Notes: generated from the sequence alone by a model not told the origin. A stretch of 62,281 nt of DNA, filler included, from Basidiobolus ranarum (GCA_040143965.1; 21 parts of 21 records of this genome joined end to end with filler, not necessarily neighbours in it); one strand, 5' to 3'; shown: positions 24,012 through 37,817, numbered from the whole stretch's first letter. Translations and numbers: made by a program.

Positions 24012-26804
24012 AATAATTTGTTCAATACCTCTTACACTGTTAGTTCATTTCAAGCATTAATAAATAATTTTATATCATTCATCTCGAGTTTTAAAGAGTG
24101 GCCTTTTTTCCAATATATTTAATCCTTCCTTATAGAGCCTCTGGACATTGCTGAAACTATTCGAAAACTGTGTTTAGAATCCTGATACATGCTGGCAGTA
24201 TATTACCTTTTGACTTGGTTTGTTTTGCATAAATTCGCTTAAAGTCGACAATTCAAATTTTTGTAAGTTTCGACAATGTTCAAAATTCTACAAATCATTG
24301 GAGCTATACCTCGGTTGTTATCAAATAGACTCTCGCATTCTTTAAACTCACCTGAATGTAATATACTTTAAAATGGCCTGGTAACCTTTAAAGACTAGAA
24401 TTGAGCAAGAGTTTTTGCAATGCTTATAATAGAATGGATAAAGTCCAACCATCTTTTATTTGGCTTGCTAATATATACAAAAGTTGGCATGATCCCATTA
24501 TTATCTATTCAGATCTGTAATGATAGTAAAGTGACAATCTATAAATAGAACTGAAGTAAAGAAATACAATCACTCTCTTTACCCAACAATTCTACTCTGG
24601 GTGGTCATATCTGACTCGACAAATATCAGTTACTCTGTCTTGTCTTGTTACAATCCATATCATCCACCTAATATCTCCATTTTGTTCTGCACTTCAAAAC
24701 ATGTGAGGAGTATGTGATTCCTATTTGTAGATCAGTGGATAGTGCACTGGGTGCCATAGCTTTTTTCATCATTATCAAATTGGAACACTCAATGAGGTAC
24801 TCAACGTAGGTACTTTTGCCTTGAACACTGCACTTTACTAGGGACCTCATATGTTTGATGTTTTGCCTTCGGAATCTTCCTCGATAACCCTTATTTTCAC
24901 TACCGTGCTTGAGCTATCAACCCTCGCTAAAATCGTGTCGTTGCCAACCTATGCTTACAGGCACACTGGAGTTTAATCTGGTTTGTTTCAGTCATTTCAT
25001 ATATACGTAGTAGCATGAATAAATAGTATCACTTCGAGTAAAACTCATATTCTCACTCTGGCCAATATCTCAATTCATTCCGATTGACCAGTAAGTCTTC
25101 ATTTAATACAACACTCTTAACATAATTTGGCAAGCAAAAAAAAACTTTTCAAATCGATTGAAACATTGTGACGATGTCGTACCTACCAGAAGATCAGATA
25201 AGCAGCTTTAGTGTGTGTACTGATATTATTTAGACTACTCAAGGTGAAATGATGATATCATACATGACGAAAGTTCAAAAGATAAAAGTGTCGATTACCA
25301 CTAGATTCAGGTCCACTTGGATAGTGTTAGATTGTACCCTTTAATCTATCTACAGCTCTAGTAAAAACTAATATAGGCAATTTTATTTCGTAAGATGTAT
25401 CTTCTTTTGATATTGGAACATGAACCCGATTATTTCGCATGGCGTCAAAAAACTCATTGATACTATGATGTAGAAATTAAGTTGAGATACTGAAAAGCTT
25501 TTTCCTGTACCAACAACGAAGATCAAAAAATATAACAACTTTGCTATTTATAATGAAAGTATATGTATAAATAGTTATTGGCTCGACTCTTAATGAATTA
25601 TGAGAAACGATAATATCCTAGGATAGTTACTCATAGTGAGCTTTTTTGCTGCTTATGCACAAACCCTGCTAGTATGCTGAATTATAGTACCGCAGTGTAT
25701 GGATATATATTTAATTCTACTTATTTTGCTCTCTTCGGTTACTTCGGCGATTGTTTCTACAAGATTCGTGATGATCATCTCTACCTCTTCATCGGTGGCA
25801 TAGCATATCCATCTATTTTGGCCTTTCTCTTCATGATAACTCATATCGCTCACCCATCATCTTTATCGTTGTTAGTTCTATCCCTGGTGTGGATGCCAGT
25901 ATGCCACGAACTTCTCGAGGAGCTCTGATGATCCCATAAGTGCTATATCTCACAAACATCACTTCTGAAATCATTAGCATCCTCAAATTATTCACCAACA
26001 TGAATCGCGTTTTCCCATCCCGTTGTCCATCAACTTCAATTTCTTATGAGTTCAGAACTTGCAACGCTGGAAAATTGACGCCAGGCTTTTATAACTATCT
26101 TCGTATTCTTCACTCACCTGACTACACATGCGGATCAGTGAAGTGAAGAAAACACCGGAAGCAGTTGAAATATCTTTTAGCATGTCTCTGATTTTATTAG
26201 TTCATACATTGTATTATCCACAATTAATACATGGTGATAGATTTTATTACCTTGACCACACGAATCTAGGAATTATAATTCCAGTTGTTCAAATTATTCA
26301 GGATTCGATCTGCCTTGCGTGCTTCTGAATTGAATATGGATTACTTCGCGATTCTGGAATCAAAATCGATTAAATCTACATGGCAACTGGAGGATACAGT
26401 TAATATTGAACTGAGTGTGTATTTAACAATTTAGAGTTTCGACAGATTATGTTCACCAATTAGGTAGTATTAATCCCCTAATTGGATTGAATTCTCCTCA
26501 TTAGAACTATGCTTTGGAATACAAATACGAGCCAGTGGCACTTTGTTCTCCTTACAGAGAAGGTGAACTCAGCTGCATACGCCCAACTATCTGTATTAAG
26601 ACCTTAGACGCAAATCTAACCTGTATATAAACCGGAGATCAGCATGCCATATCTACACACAACAATTCTACTCTACTATCAATAAATTATGAGAATCAAC
26701 AGTCNNNNNNNNNNNNNNNNNNNNNNNNNNNNNNNNNNNNNNNNNNNNTTAATTAATTAANNNNNNNNNNNNNNNNNNNNNNNNNNNNNNNNNNNNNNNN
26801 NNNN

Positions 26805-27704
26805 CTCAAATCAGATGTTTTTGGATTCAAGTGAAAGCCAGAAATTTCCTTATCAATCTATGGTTGCTAGTTTGATGTATATCATGGTTGGAACACCTGC
26901 AGATGTTGCATATTCTGTAGAAGTTATGTGCCAATATCTTCAAAAATTATGGATCTGATCAAATCAAAGCAGTTATGTGGATTTTCAGATATTTGAAAGG
27001 TACTGAGGATCTATGCTTAAATTACACATAATCTGGATAAAACTCTGATCAGATGGGATATTCAGATGCAAATTGGGGAAGAGATATTGAAGACAGGGGA
27101 TCTACAACAGGATACTTATTTCTTTGCTGTAACAGAGCTATTTCTTGGAATTCTTAGAAACAACCTACTGTACCACTTTCAACAACAGACGCTGAATACA
27201 TATCTGCCTGTGAAGCAACAAAAGAAGCAATATGGTTAAGAAAACTCTTTACAGATTTAGGTTATTCTCAAAATTCATCAACTACAATATTTCAAGATAA
27301 TCAAAGTTGTATCAAGTTAGCTAAATATACCATGTTTCATAATAGAAGCAAACACATAGAAATTAAGCATCACTTCATTAGAGAGACTATAGAAAATAAG
27401 TTTATTGACTTAACTTATTGTTCTACAGAAGGTATGTTTGCTGATATGTTGACCAAACCATTAGCTAGACAGAAATTTGAGAAATTTAGCCTTTATTTGG
27501 TTTAGTTTATATGGCTACTTAGTTGAGAGAGAGTGTTAAAATTAGTGTTGCCTAAACATTTATATAGTCATATATAACTTGGTACTTAGTTATCTTATAA
27601 TTCAGTAAGTCATTATCCATTATTTTCAATTTAAATTTACTTAGAAAATTTTACCAACTTAGAAGTTCTCAGATATACAGATTTTTGCAAACTTGTGCTA
27701 GAAG
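26805..27704 (+). mobile_element. Copia RT-RNase H remnant, PPT and start of 3' LTR-A (27534)
   Basis: GYSDANWG, LSTTDAEY, RSKHIEIKHHFIRE, ADMLTKPL; gagagagag then tgtt. Confidence 0.88.
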
Positions 27705-28486
27705 TGTTGAAGTTTATAGTATTTATCATATTTGCTATCTCTATGTTTATATACCTGACTATTTCATTTATCACATATAAGTTAGTTAACATTACTTAGT
27801 CAAATATCACTTAGCTGAAAATTGGCACATATATTATATATATATGTGAATAATGTGAGAATTAGCAATTCCATGTTGAAATTTCAAACTTGTCCAAATT
27901 GTCCCAAAAATAGCTCATTTTACTCCCACAGATGTTCTGAACACAACCTAGGTGTTAGTTTTCTGTATTTCCACCAATTTGTATAAATGCTTTATTTCGG
28001 GACAATAAATTATTATCTCACAAAGCTATTCACAACTCTGCTTTTCTCAAGTTCCTCCAAACAGCCCCTATTTTCCCAATAGGCTATGAGCCCCATGTTC
28101 TAACCTTTACAGCATGACAGAAACCACTACTACCACTTTTATTAACTCAAGTGTTCAAAAGCTTAATAGAGAAAGTAACAATTTCTGGAAGTTCAAGATG
28201 TAAATCATGCTGGAAGACAGGTAGCTTGGGGATGTAGTCTCTGGAGATGAAAAGGAACCTTCTGACCTTTCTTTACTGAAAGCTTACAAGAAAAGAGACA
28301 AGAAGGCCTTTAATGTCATTTGCCAGAGTTTGAAAGATTCACAACTTGTGAATATTCAGTATGCAAAGACTTCCCATCAAGCTTTGACTATATTGGACAA
28401 GGGTTATGAAGCAAAGAGTCTTGCTAATAGACTCTTTCTCAGACAAAAATTCTTCAATATAAAGATGGACAAGTCTGCAAGCATAG
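27705..28486 (+). mobile_element. Second copia: 5' LTR family B (27705-28081), PBS ggctatgagcccc (28082), decayed gag
   Basis: LTR matches 44247-44522 and 44623-44900; gag-like FWKFKM...LWDVVSG-type segment. Confidence 0.8.
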
Positions 28487-28950
28487 TGTCATGATTCTGA
28501 TCTTGGCATACTGATCCACTGCAAATAGAACCTTCTATTATTAGATTACAACATCATATCTGCTATGCCATTGCTTCTTGGCAATCTTGCATTAATTCAT
28601 CCAGGTTACCTTATATGGAAGTCATGCTCTGTGGAACATTCCATGAAACATAGCCAATCATATCATCCCACACATAGTGTATTTCTGCCAAGATTTTCCA
28701 TGGAAGGTCCCCTGATCATCTGTACATCATCCTTACATCATCCCTCTTTGTATTGGTCCTTGTAGTCCCCAACACCCTGACTCTTGAACTTGCCACAGTA
28801 TATTCCCTATTCAATATATTATGTTTCACCCTACAATATCTATATAAGCCCCATGTATTCCCTGATCAAACTGAGGTCTGATCAATGCCAGTTTCAATAA
28901 AGATTCTTGCCAAAGTATCTTCCTTGTCCAGTCTTGTCTTGTCTTGTCTT
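28487..28950 (+). repeat. LTR family C, interrupted by CACTA
   Basis: Starts tgtcatga; contains a (gtctt)n tract. Confidence 0.75.
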
Positions 28951-29434
28951 CCCTAACAGGAATTTGAGGATTGTTATTGTAGGAAAACCGTCACAATTTT
29001 AATCCATTTGGGGTTGACCGTTTACTTACTGTCATAAAAACGTCAAGTTAGATTTGATTTTAATCAATTTTTTCAGTTTCAGGAGTGAAATTCCAAGATC
29101 TTGCAAAATAGTTGCAAATGATTGGCTAAATTCACAGAGAACTATGGATCAAAACATGTGTGAAAAAGGTAACTCAAATTTTACACAATTACCACTTGAA
29201 CGCTAATTTGTCACCTTCAAAATCCCTAGTCTCTTTGATATATTCTCCCAAATATTTTTATAGAGTTCTTCATACCCAAGGTTTAGCTAATACCCAACAC
29301 GGGTTTGTATCAATATCTCCATCAAAGCCCACCATTGTATTAGCGTTGCTGAATCAATATTCTTCCAGCTATCTGGCAGATACCCTGCGATATTGTGCCA
29401 CTCTGTATTAATTTCTTCCCAGATATCTGCATGG
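28951..29434 (+). mobile_element. CACTA left terminus, comparatively CpG-retaining copy
   Basis: ccctaacaggaatttgagg...aaaaccgtcacaat...gaccgttt...aacgtca. Confidence 0.82.
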
Positions 29435-29676
29435 TGTAGTTGTTTTAGGGTGTAAGCAGTAACTATAACTGCAATATCCTAAGGGTTTTGTGAGGTGTCC
29501 AAAGGGTGCAATAACTACGGTTGAATAACTCTGGGATGTACTGTAATATGGGTCTGTCTCTTGCTTCTTGGGTCTTTGTGAAAGGGAATCAAGCCTCTAG
29601 AAATGTCTAAGGACTGATAAACCACAATGCAATGTCCAGCTTTCTGTTGAATAATATGCTGGTGCCTGACAAAAGA
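29435..29676 (-). repeat. Gypsy LTR family D, 3' end
   Basis: Reverse complement of 43630-43868. Confidence 0.75.
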
Positions 29677-29777
29677 NNNNNNNNNNNNNNNNNNNNNNNN
29701 NNNNNNNNNNNNNNNNNNNNTTAATTAATTAANNNNNNNNNNNNNNNNNNNNNNNNNNNNNNNNNNNNNNNNNNNNC

Positions 29778-29933
29778 TATGATGCTGGAAAGGGTGGAAA
29801 TGGCAACGGTGATGGTAACGGCGGAGCTGGCAATGGCGGTGACAATGGCAACGGTGGTAACGGAGCTGGCGCCTATGATGCTGGAAAGGGTGAAAATGGC
29901 GATAGCAACGGAGAGCAGGACTGCGACAAATAG
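29778..29933 (+). CDS. Gly/Asn-rich low-complexity protein, C-terminal end
   Basis: YDAGKGGNGNGDGNGGAGNGGDNGNGGNGAGAYDAGKGENGDSNGEQDCDK*; repeated YDAGKG. Confidence 0.6.
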   Translation, partial: YDAGKGGNGNGDGNGGAGNGGDNGNGGNGAGAYDAGKGENGDSNGEQDCDK

Positions 29934-31211
29934 AGACCTCAACTTATTATACTTATATTTATACCGTATTTGTTTATCCTCCATGATGTAGATGATTTCA
30001 AAATGAGTTCGATTAAAATACAAACATATTTAATGATTGATTTCCAGATAAATGGTACGCTTTCAATATTGGTGAATAAGGCAATACATAGAGCTCCTAC
30101 TCTCGAATGTAGGATTAAATACCGATTGTTAATTAGATATTGAAAATCATGGGCCATACAAGGTCATTTCTTACTGCTCTAGTCAGTTGAAATGTATTGA
30201 AATGGGGCAGCTTCTAATATATAAAACTTAATTACTACCCACTTGATTATCTGAATTGGGATAGGTCAGGCTTATTATTCAAAATTGAGCTTTACCGAAG
30301 TTGAAGATTGCTTAAAATACAAGCTGCAGCGGTATCGAGTAAGATCAGATTGTAATTTGCATTGCTGTACCTAATGTTTACGGATAGTTCGACTAAAGAG
30401 TTGTCAACCAAGAGTCTTTAGCTATATTCCATATCAAAGGTGAAAGCCATTCTACTTCATACCAACATCCATATCATGTTCGTATAAAAATAGCTGACAT
30501 ATCTATCTTCATTTCTAAAGGCTTTGTGAAAGTATCGCATGTAATATTAGCAATCGAGAGAGATTAGACTGCTTAGAAGCACTCAGTGCTAAATATGTCA
30601 ATGAGACTTGCGTTAATACGCAAAAATATTTGTCGTTCCTACAGGATAAAGATAAATTGAATACCCACCTGGGTATATATGTCAATAGCAATAAAAGTTT
30701 ATTAAATCCGAATGCTCATTCCTAAAGTTGTAGTGAACTTATTGTGGCTGGTTCCTGAGGTGAGTGCAATTTCGGGACTTGATTCACTGATAAATTGACT
30801 GATTAACTTTATTTCGATTGTGCTATTTTTATAGGGTTATTCCTGCCGGATTTGGGAGTGTGCTAATTTCGAAACATGTATATAACACTGATGACCCGTT
30901 TCTGATGTCTTGTAATTTTTGTCTCCACTGTCGGTTCGCTTTGAAATTTATACCTAGGTTAGAATAATAGTAGGGAATAATCTTCCTTAAGATTAGTATT
31001 AATTTGTCCAGTAGTTCTGGAGATTTATGCTTATGCTGTTTTGGTGATTGCGAGGCGTGAAGGAGAGGTGTGAACATGAAACTGGGCTGAGGTCGAGGTT
31101 TGCTTATACACTATATGTGTACAACTTATTGATTTGCTTGAGGCATTATGTTGTCTCCGAAATTGACATCGCTTTTTGTCTGATAATCCAATTTCGTAAC
31201 AAACTAATCAA

Positions 31212-31283
31212 GGCTCAATGGTCTAGTCGTATGATTCCTCGTTCGGGTCGTGGAGGTCCCGGGTCCAATTCCCGGTTGAGCCC
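31212..31283 (+). tRNA. tRNA-Pro(CGG), probably degenerate or a pseudogene
   Basis: Acceptor stem GGCTCAA/TTGAGCC, T stem CCGGG/CCCGG, anticodon loop TT-CGG-GT, T-run downstream. Deviations: D-loop GG is CG, T-loop TTC is TCC, T:T mismatch in the anticodon stem. Confidence 0.8.
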
Positions 31284-32182
31284 TCTGTTTTTGTTCAATA
31301 CATCACCTTTTCGATATTATAGCATTCAAGGTAATTAATGTCGGTAGCGGTAGAGAATGGTTGGAAAAGTGCAGAGTTATGAAAGAGGCAAGTTTTCCAT
31401 TCTCCGATTGGGATTTATTTAGTCATAGAAATAAATTACCATGTTCAACAATGACTTTACATCATGATGAACAGTATTGGGAATCACATATGGCGATTGA
31501 AGTCTTGGATAGAGGGCTAGAATGGTTTTGGAGCAATGTTCAATATGGCCGATATATATTAATCCTGCTTACATGATTGGAAAGGGTTAACATGGATTCG
31601 AGTAGTTGCCTGAAATAAAAAACTATGGTATTGTCAAAATCAAGGTCAACTCCTTTGTAAGAGTTGGAATAAGATGCAGTGACTTTTTGAAATATCTTCT
31701 AGTTAATTAGTCTGTCAGTAGTAGATCATTTGAGGTAAGGGAAATATTTATTATAATATTAATAATTTTGAACACATTCTTTTATTATTATGTGGAAGAG
31801 CAAAATGGTACAAATAAGGGTTACGCCTACAGGTTTACGCCTACAATATATCGAGGATATAGATCTGATAGCTTACAGAACATGTGGACTTGTAGCAATA
31901 ATATAACAATTCATGATAATTTGATAATATTCTCGTCAATACCTCTCAAGTTAATCAAAATCTATTCTTTGATTTAAATGTAATTTTGCTCTCTCAATCA
32001 AAAGTGGTCTATTTTATATAGATAGGCCGTCACTTATAGATAAGTTTCCTGATTGGGTTGAAACGTAATATTCATTATTGATATTCAAGGTATGTTTGCT
32101 ATTATTTAGAATCGGGTATTCTTTTGTAAATATTGTACATGGTTAACTACATATGGAATAAATCTTGAATTTCAATTTAAGC

Positions 32183-32647
32183 CTAATCCAATTCTTCAAC
32201 AGTTGGTTCACTGTTGTCACTACCTGGGAATCCTCCTGGAGCAGCTCCTGGGAAACCGCCAGGGGCTTCACCAGTAGCCTGGTACATTTTGGTCATTATA
32301 GGATTGGCAACACCTTCCAACTCTTTTTGCTTCTCTTCGTACTCTTCCTTAGAAGCTTCTTGACTTGCGTCCAACCAGATGATGGTACTGTTGATAGCTT
32401 CTTCAAGTTTCTTCTTATCATTCACATCTAATCGATCAGCAACCTTTTCATCTTGAAGAGTGTTACGAAGTGAGTAGGTATAGGATTCAAGTCCATTTTT
32501 AGCAGATATACGAGAAGCTGCCTCTTCATCTTCAGCTTTATATTTTTCAGCTTCGGAGACCATACGTTCGATATCCTCTTTAGAAAGACGGCCTTTATCG
32601 TTGGTAATGGTGATCTTATTGGAACGACCAGTAGTTTTATCCAATGC
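32183..32647 (-). CDS. HSP70: Cytosolic Hsp70 (SSA-type), C-terminal part
   Basis: [45 protein letters not shown] repeats, ends PTVEELD. Confidence 0.95.
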   Translation of the reverse strand, partial: ALDKTTGRSNKITITNDKGRLSKEDIERMVSEAEKYKAEDEEAASRISAKNGLESYTYSLRNTLQDEKVADRLDVNDKKKLEEAINSTIIWLDASQEASKEEYEEKQKELEGVANPIMTKMYQATGEAPGGFPGAAPGGFPGSDNSEPTVEELD

Positions 32648-32747
32648 NNNNNNNNNNNNNNNNNNNNNNNNNNNNNNNNNNNNNNNNNNNNTTAATTAAT
32701 TAANNNNNNNNNNNNNNNNNNNNNNNNNNNNNNNNNNNNNNNNNNNN

Positions 32748-34604
32748 GTTCAGTGAGTCCACTGACTGTACTTTGCCTCAAAGTTTTGGTAACATTGCCA
32801 TATGTCAAGATACTGTGGAGTTACCACTGTTATGTGACCAGAGTGATGTAGGCAGAAATGCAAATTTGGTTGAACTAATAAGTCCAGACAACTTTGAGGA
32901 CTTGCTGCTAAATGTTTACCCTTGTTACTCCAGAACTGATGGTAGTATATCAGAAGTTGAAGAAGAAGACAATGGTTTTGTAACAGACTCTTTGTTATCG
33001 GCAAATATTAGTCCACTCATAACACTTACAGTAAAGGAAGCAGCTTTGATTATTGAGGAGTGGAGAGTTCAATACAATCTTAGCAACCAGGGGTTTATTG
33101 AATTTCTTACACTTTTACCACAGTTGATTGGCAGCTGTTGCTTGCCACAGACCTAGTCCAAGTGGAAAACACTTATCAATTGTGGAACTTATAATCCTTC
33201 AGTAATTAAACTACCTTCATGTCCAAATGGTTGTTTGGTTTACACTGATGTTCTGAAAAACCTGAAGTCATGTCCTTTTTGCACACAGTTGGCAAACACT
33301 GAATCAGGTACATATTGTCCATATTTGGCTTACATACCATTGATTCCCCATCTTAAAGGTTTGATGAAATCACCTAAATATAGGACATTCATCCAATACC
33401 AAAGTACTTACCATCAGGCTGATAATATTACCAATATACTTGATGGATATCACTACCAGATTCTGAAATAGCAAGATTTCTTTAAGAACATTATGACCAT
33501 GCATTTGCATTGGTTCTGAATGGTTTCTTGCTAAAGAAATATACCAATGAAAAGGCTTGCAGGCCAATAGTTTTAATTAAATTGAATCCTCATCCTTTTG
33601 AATGTATAAGAGTCATGCTATTTTGATAATATCCATCATATTTGGACCTAAAACACAAGTGCTTTTAGCTAGCTCCTTGAAGCCTTTGATTGTGGAATTT
33701 GAATGGTGACCTAATGGGGTTCAGATGGGTGAATATTTTATTAAAGTCAATATCATTGAATGTATTGGTTACACTCATGCCAGCAGTAAACTTGTAGGTT
33801 TTTGCAGGTACAATGGATTATCTTGCTGCAGATGTTGTCAACTCTATCAGGCATATGCATTACTACTATCCAAATACAAAACTAAACTCCATTCTTTCAC
33901 CATCGAGTTCCCAGTCAGATCTCAGCATTGTTAGTGATATCAATTCACCAAATAGTCAGTCAAACATCAAACTTGGTATTAGCCATAAGCCTATGATTAT
34001 ATTGCTGAAGGGGATCAGCTTGAGCCAAAGCTTCCCATTAGGCACTATGCACTTAGGATTCACACAACATTCCAATACTACTTACTCAGCTACATAGTGG
34101 AAAATTCAATATGAGTGAGCCAGTCAAGGTAGGATCAGAGTTTGAATCCATTGGGGAAATGCTTGAAAATGTCAAGATACCATCAGATTTTACCATGACT
34201 CCCATCAATATCCACTCATCTAGGCATTTATTCAAATGCAAAGACTGGAAGTATTGAATGTGTATAAAGTTAAGTGCAATCTTGAAACAATTTCTGCCTG
34301 ATAAGTATTGGCAACATTGGGAGTTGTTTGTAGATCTTGTTAATATATTCTTACAACATCAAATCATGTTGACAGATCTGAGGCAGTTACAGGAACTGTG
34401 CAAAGATTTTGTAATTGGATAAGAAAAACTTTATTTCAGGTTTAAAGAAGATAGACTTAATCTATGTTGGTATTCAATACATTCCCTGCTGCATCTTTCA
34501 CAATGCCTAGTGATTATAGGGTTTACTATACATTCTGGGAGTTCCTATTGGAGTGCACCTGTGGTGAAATGATGCTCCATGTGAAATTAACAGTATTACC
34601 ATAT
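32748..34604 (+). mobile_element. CACTA Tnp2 transposase, decayed
   Basis: CPNGCLVY...CPFC, YIPLIPHLK, DGYHY, CIG..PA.SKL.GF...NGLSCCRCC, MHL, WQHWELFV, FWEF. Confidence 0.82.
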
Positions 34605-35618
34605 CCATTACAAATATAAAATTGACTGGATCCGGTTTTGATCCACCCTCAAAAATAGCAAAAACATCAGAGAGCCATCACAATATTGGTGGCATGCATT
34701 GTGCCAGGGATTTTGATTATGCAACAGTGGTTTCTTGACAGTATTTTGGTGGTATTCATACATATTAAAAAATTGATCCTGAAATTTGGGATGCATTATT
34801 CAATATCTGGCAATGTTTGCAAAAATATTTTCTTTCAAATGGCAAATTACTGGGTTTACTTCTGCAGGAATTCAAATTAATATGTATGCCCTTATTTAGA
34901 TATTTTAGGCTTTGTATTCTGGCCATAACAAGAATCAAAAAATACAACAATCTTGTTATGTTTAGTCTCTATGGATGCACATACTTGACTAAATAGACAA
35001 AACTCAACAACAACAATATGCTTTGCCAGCAAACTAATGGTGGAAAAATTGCTAAACATCTGAATATTTGAGTAGCATTTGAATGAATGCGGAGATGAGT
35101 GGATATGGATGGGAGTTCTGGTAAAATATGATGATATCTTGACATATTCTAGCATTTTGCCAATTGATTGAAGCTTTGATCCTATCTAGCATGGCTCATT
35201 ACTGTTGAATTTTCCACTATAGAGCTGAGTAAGTAGTATCAGAATGTTGTTGAATAGTTAGTGCATAGTTTCTAATGGGAAGCTCTGGCTCCCGCTGATC
35301 CCTTTAGCAATACATTTGTAGGCTTACACTAATACTAACTTTGATGTTAGACTGACTCTGTGGTGAATTGATATCTGCAATCATATTGAAATCTGACTGG
35401 GCTCTTGATGGTACAATCATGAAGCTTAGTATTTTATTTGAATAGTAGTAATGCATATGCCTGTTAGAGTAAACTCCATTGATTTGACAAAATCTACATC
35501 AAGATAGTGGATTGTGCCTGCAAAAACCTCCAAGTTTACTGCTGGCAGGAGTGTCACCAATGCATATAATGATATTAGCTTTAATAAAATGTTCACCCAT
35601 CTGAGCAACACTAGATTA
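34605..35618 (-). mobile_element. Second, internally deleted CACTA copy (right terminus plus transposase) inserted in reverse
   Basis: Degenerate right terminus at 34605; 35150-35618 is reverse-complement homologous to 33720-34180. Confidence 0.72.
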
Positions 35619-35758
35619 NNNNNNNNNNNNNNNNNNNNNNNNNNNNNNNNNNNNNNNNNNNNTTAATTAATTAANNNNNNNNNNNNNNNNNNNNNNNNNN
35701 NNNNNNNNNNNNNNNNNNTAATCATCTCCAAGTATAGCTCATTTAATTGTTTCAATAG

Positions 35759-35847
35759 GAGAAAAGCCGTACAAGTGCCCGATAACCGACTGTGGTAAAA
35801 GCTTTGCTAATGCCAACACACGAACCAACCATCTAAAGCATCATTGA
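35759..35847 (+). CDS. C2H2 zinc-finger protein, last exon
   Basis: After acceptor caatag: (G)EKPYKCPITDCGKSFANANTRTNHLKHH*. Confidence 0.85.
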
Positions 35848-36276
35848 TTAATGTATTGTCAGAAATAACATTTATAATACACTATAATCCACTGTGATTC
35901 TATTTTGAACAGCAACATGTATCTTTCATGTAATTATTCCCCGTCTTACACTTCTATTTTGACATTTACATAAGTTTGTGCATTCTCATCTATCTTTTTT
36001 GACTCATCATAGCCCTTGTTTATGGTTATATTATATTTGCTCTACTGGTCATTCTTAGTATACGGATGACACTAGTAATTATTGGCGATCAACATTGTTG
36101 GCGTCAATGAAAATAAATTTTGAAGCTGTGTACTTGAAGAGTTTCTTTATTGTCTTTCTTTAAAGCAAGTTATACATTTGTCATCTGTACAATGAGGTAT
36201 ATAAACAGCCAAATACACCCTAACAAGTAGATTGGGGAGGGTTAGGTGTAATGATAATTGTTAGCTGGGTTAGCAT

Positions 36277-37817
36277 TTACAGGACAGGGTCGAATTCAAC
36301 CACTTCAGGCAGGTAATCCATCAACTTCTCCCGCTTTGTTATTTTAATGGCTTTGCGAGACCAGCGTCTTCGTCTGGTTAGCCTAGTCGCTCCACTTTGT
36401 TTACTATACGAGTCAAACTTTCTTCCACTGTACTCCCAGCCTTCAGGGTCAGTGTCTGTAGATACAACTGGAGTCCAATCGTCATCGATCCATCTCCAGC
36501 ACACCTGAGTTTGTAAAAAGATTATCTTTTCATCCTCAGTTACTATTTTACTGACTATATTCGAGATCACCGGGGGTACAAATTCTTTCGGTTGTTCAAC
36601 GAACTTGAGATTTTCATCAGTCCTGTATCCAAATTAAACCAACAATCAATAATCGAATATTTCAGATAACATGAGAATTCACTATTAATGAATGTTTACC
36701 ATAAGAATGGATCGCCATTTATCAACCGAGTTGTCCAACCCAGTCCCGGCCATTTTCTTTGATGCTCAAGTAATTGAAATTCAATTGCTCCCTCTGCATC
36801 TTCAAACATCTCCGAGGTGACAACCTTTAAAGTAGGTGGCTCGTTTCTTGGTCTGGTCATTAAACGAAGGGTTTTTTCGTTGATTATCTTAGACTCCGCC
36901 GTCAATTTACGAGAAGGGGCACCCCACTTCTTGGCAGCAATCACATCTGGATCTTCAACCGGAGTAAGAATAGAATGTATGATACTGTGATACAATGGAG
37001 AATCGTCTGTGAATGGCTTTCGTAAAACCACAATCTTGGGATGATGCCAGGCCATAAGGGTTGTTCCGCCCATCAAGCACAATAGATTGAAAGGTATAAG
37101 CGAGGAAACCACAGCCCAGAATGGATAAGAAAAAAGGACAAATTTAATGATACGATAGGTTTCCGTAGGGTTGGACCAGTCTAATCTACCGAGTTGAATG
37201 CTGATAAACAAGTCGATCTGTGTGAGCTTATGGAGAATATTTTGCATGTCGTAAACCTTTCGCTTCAACTTTGACGGCACAACTCGATTTGGGTTACCAT
37301 ATTTCAAGTAGTATTTATAACCTATCCAGCCAAGAAACACAACATGTGGTCCGCACACAACACTCAAACCAGGGAATAGGCAAAGCGTCCAAAGAACCAT
37401 CAATAAAAACCAGGAATATATTGGCTCATTCTTCCACTGATACAAAGAGATAACAAAATCAAGTCGAGTAAACAAAGGGCCATAGTGATTAACAAGGCGA
37501 TTGAAGTTGTATCGAGAACCGTGCAGTCCACCAAAAAACTTACTAGCAGATGCTTTATTTTGAGAGTGAGCGTCAGAGGAAGAGGGGTCGTGTGTTGCAA
37601 GATCTAAAGAGGACTTGGATTGATTGCCTTTATCATGCAGATCCTCTGTAGATCTTGAATAAACGCCATTACTTTGTGCTAATAAGAAGTCAAGATCTTC
37701 ATCAGATGGTAAAGAATCAATGGAGGTTCGCGTTTGCTGTTCCATGTTTTCTAAGATTGAGTCTGAGCGATTGCTGTGAGAGAGAAAACCACTTAAAGAA
37801 GGCTTTTTGACGTGCAT
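36277..37817 (-). CDS. Pex24/Pex30-family peroxin with DysF domain; exons 37817-36700 and 36622-36277 (487 aa if ATG 37817 is the start)
   Basis: A 77-bp GT-AG intron joins two track ORFs in frame; hydrophobic reticulon-like segments; EHQRKWPGLGWT, WRWIDDDW, DPEGWEY, TRRRRWSR. Confidence 0.8.

Noticed and set aside
25653..26330. Short ORFs in unique sequence downstream of the UNC93-like gene
   Set aside because: No recognisable motif and no splice model I can support.
29721..30023. Track ORFs 29779-29991 (+) and 29721-30023 (-)
   Set aside because: Alternative frames of the Gly/Asn repeat.
31820..31847. Duplicated ttacgcctaca
   Set aside because: Two short copies only; no further structure.
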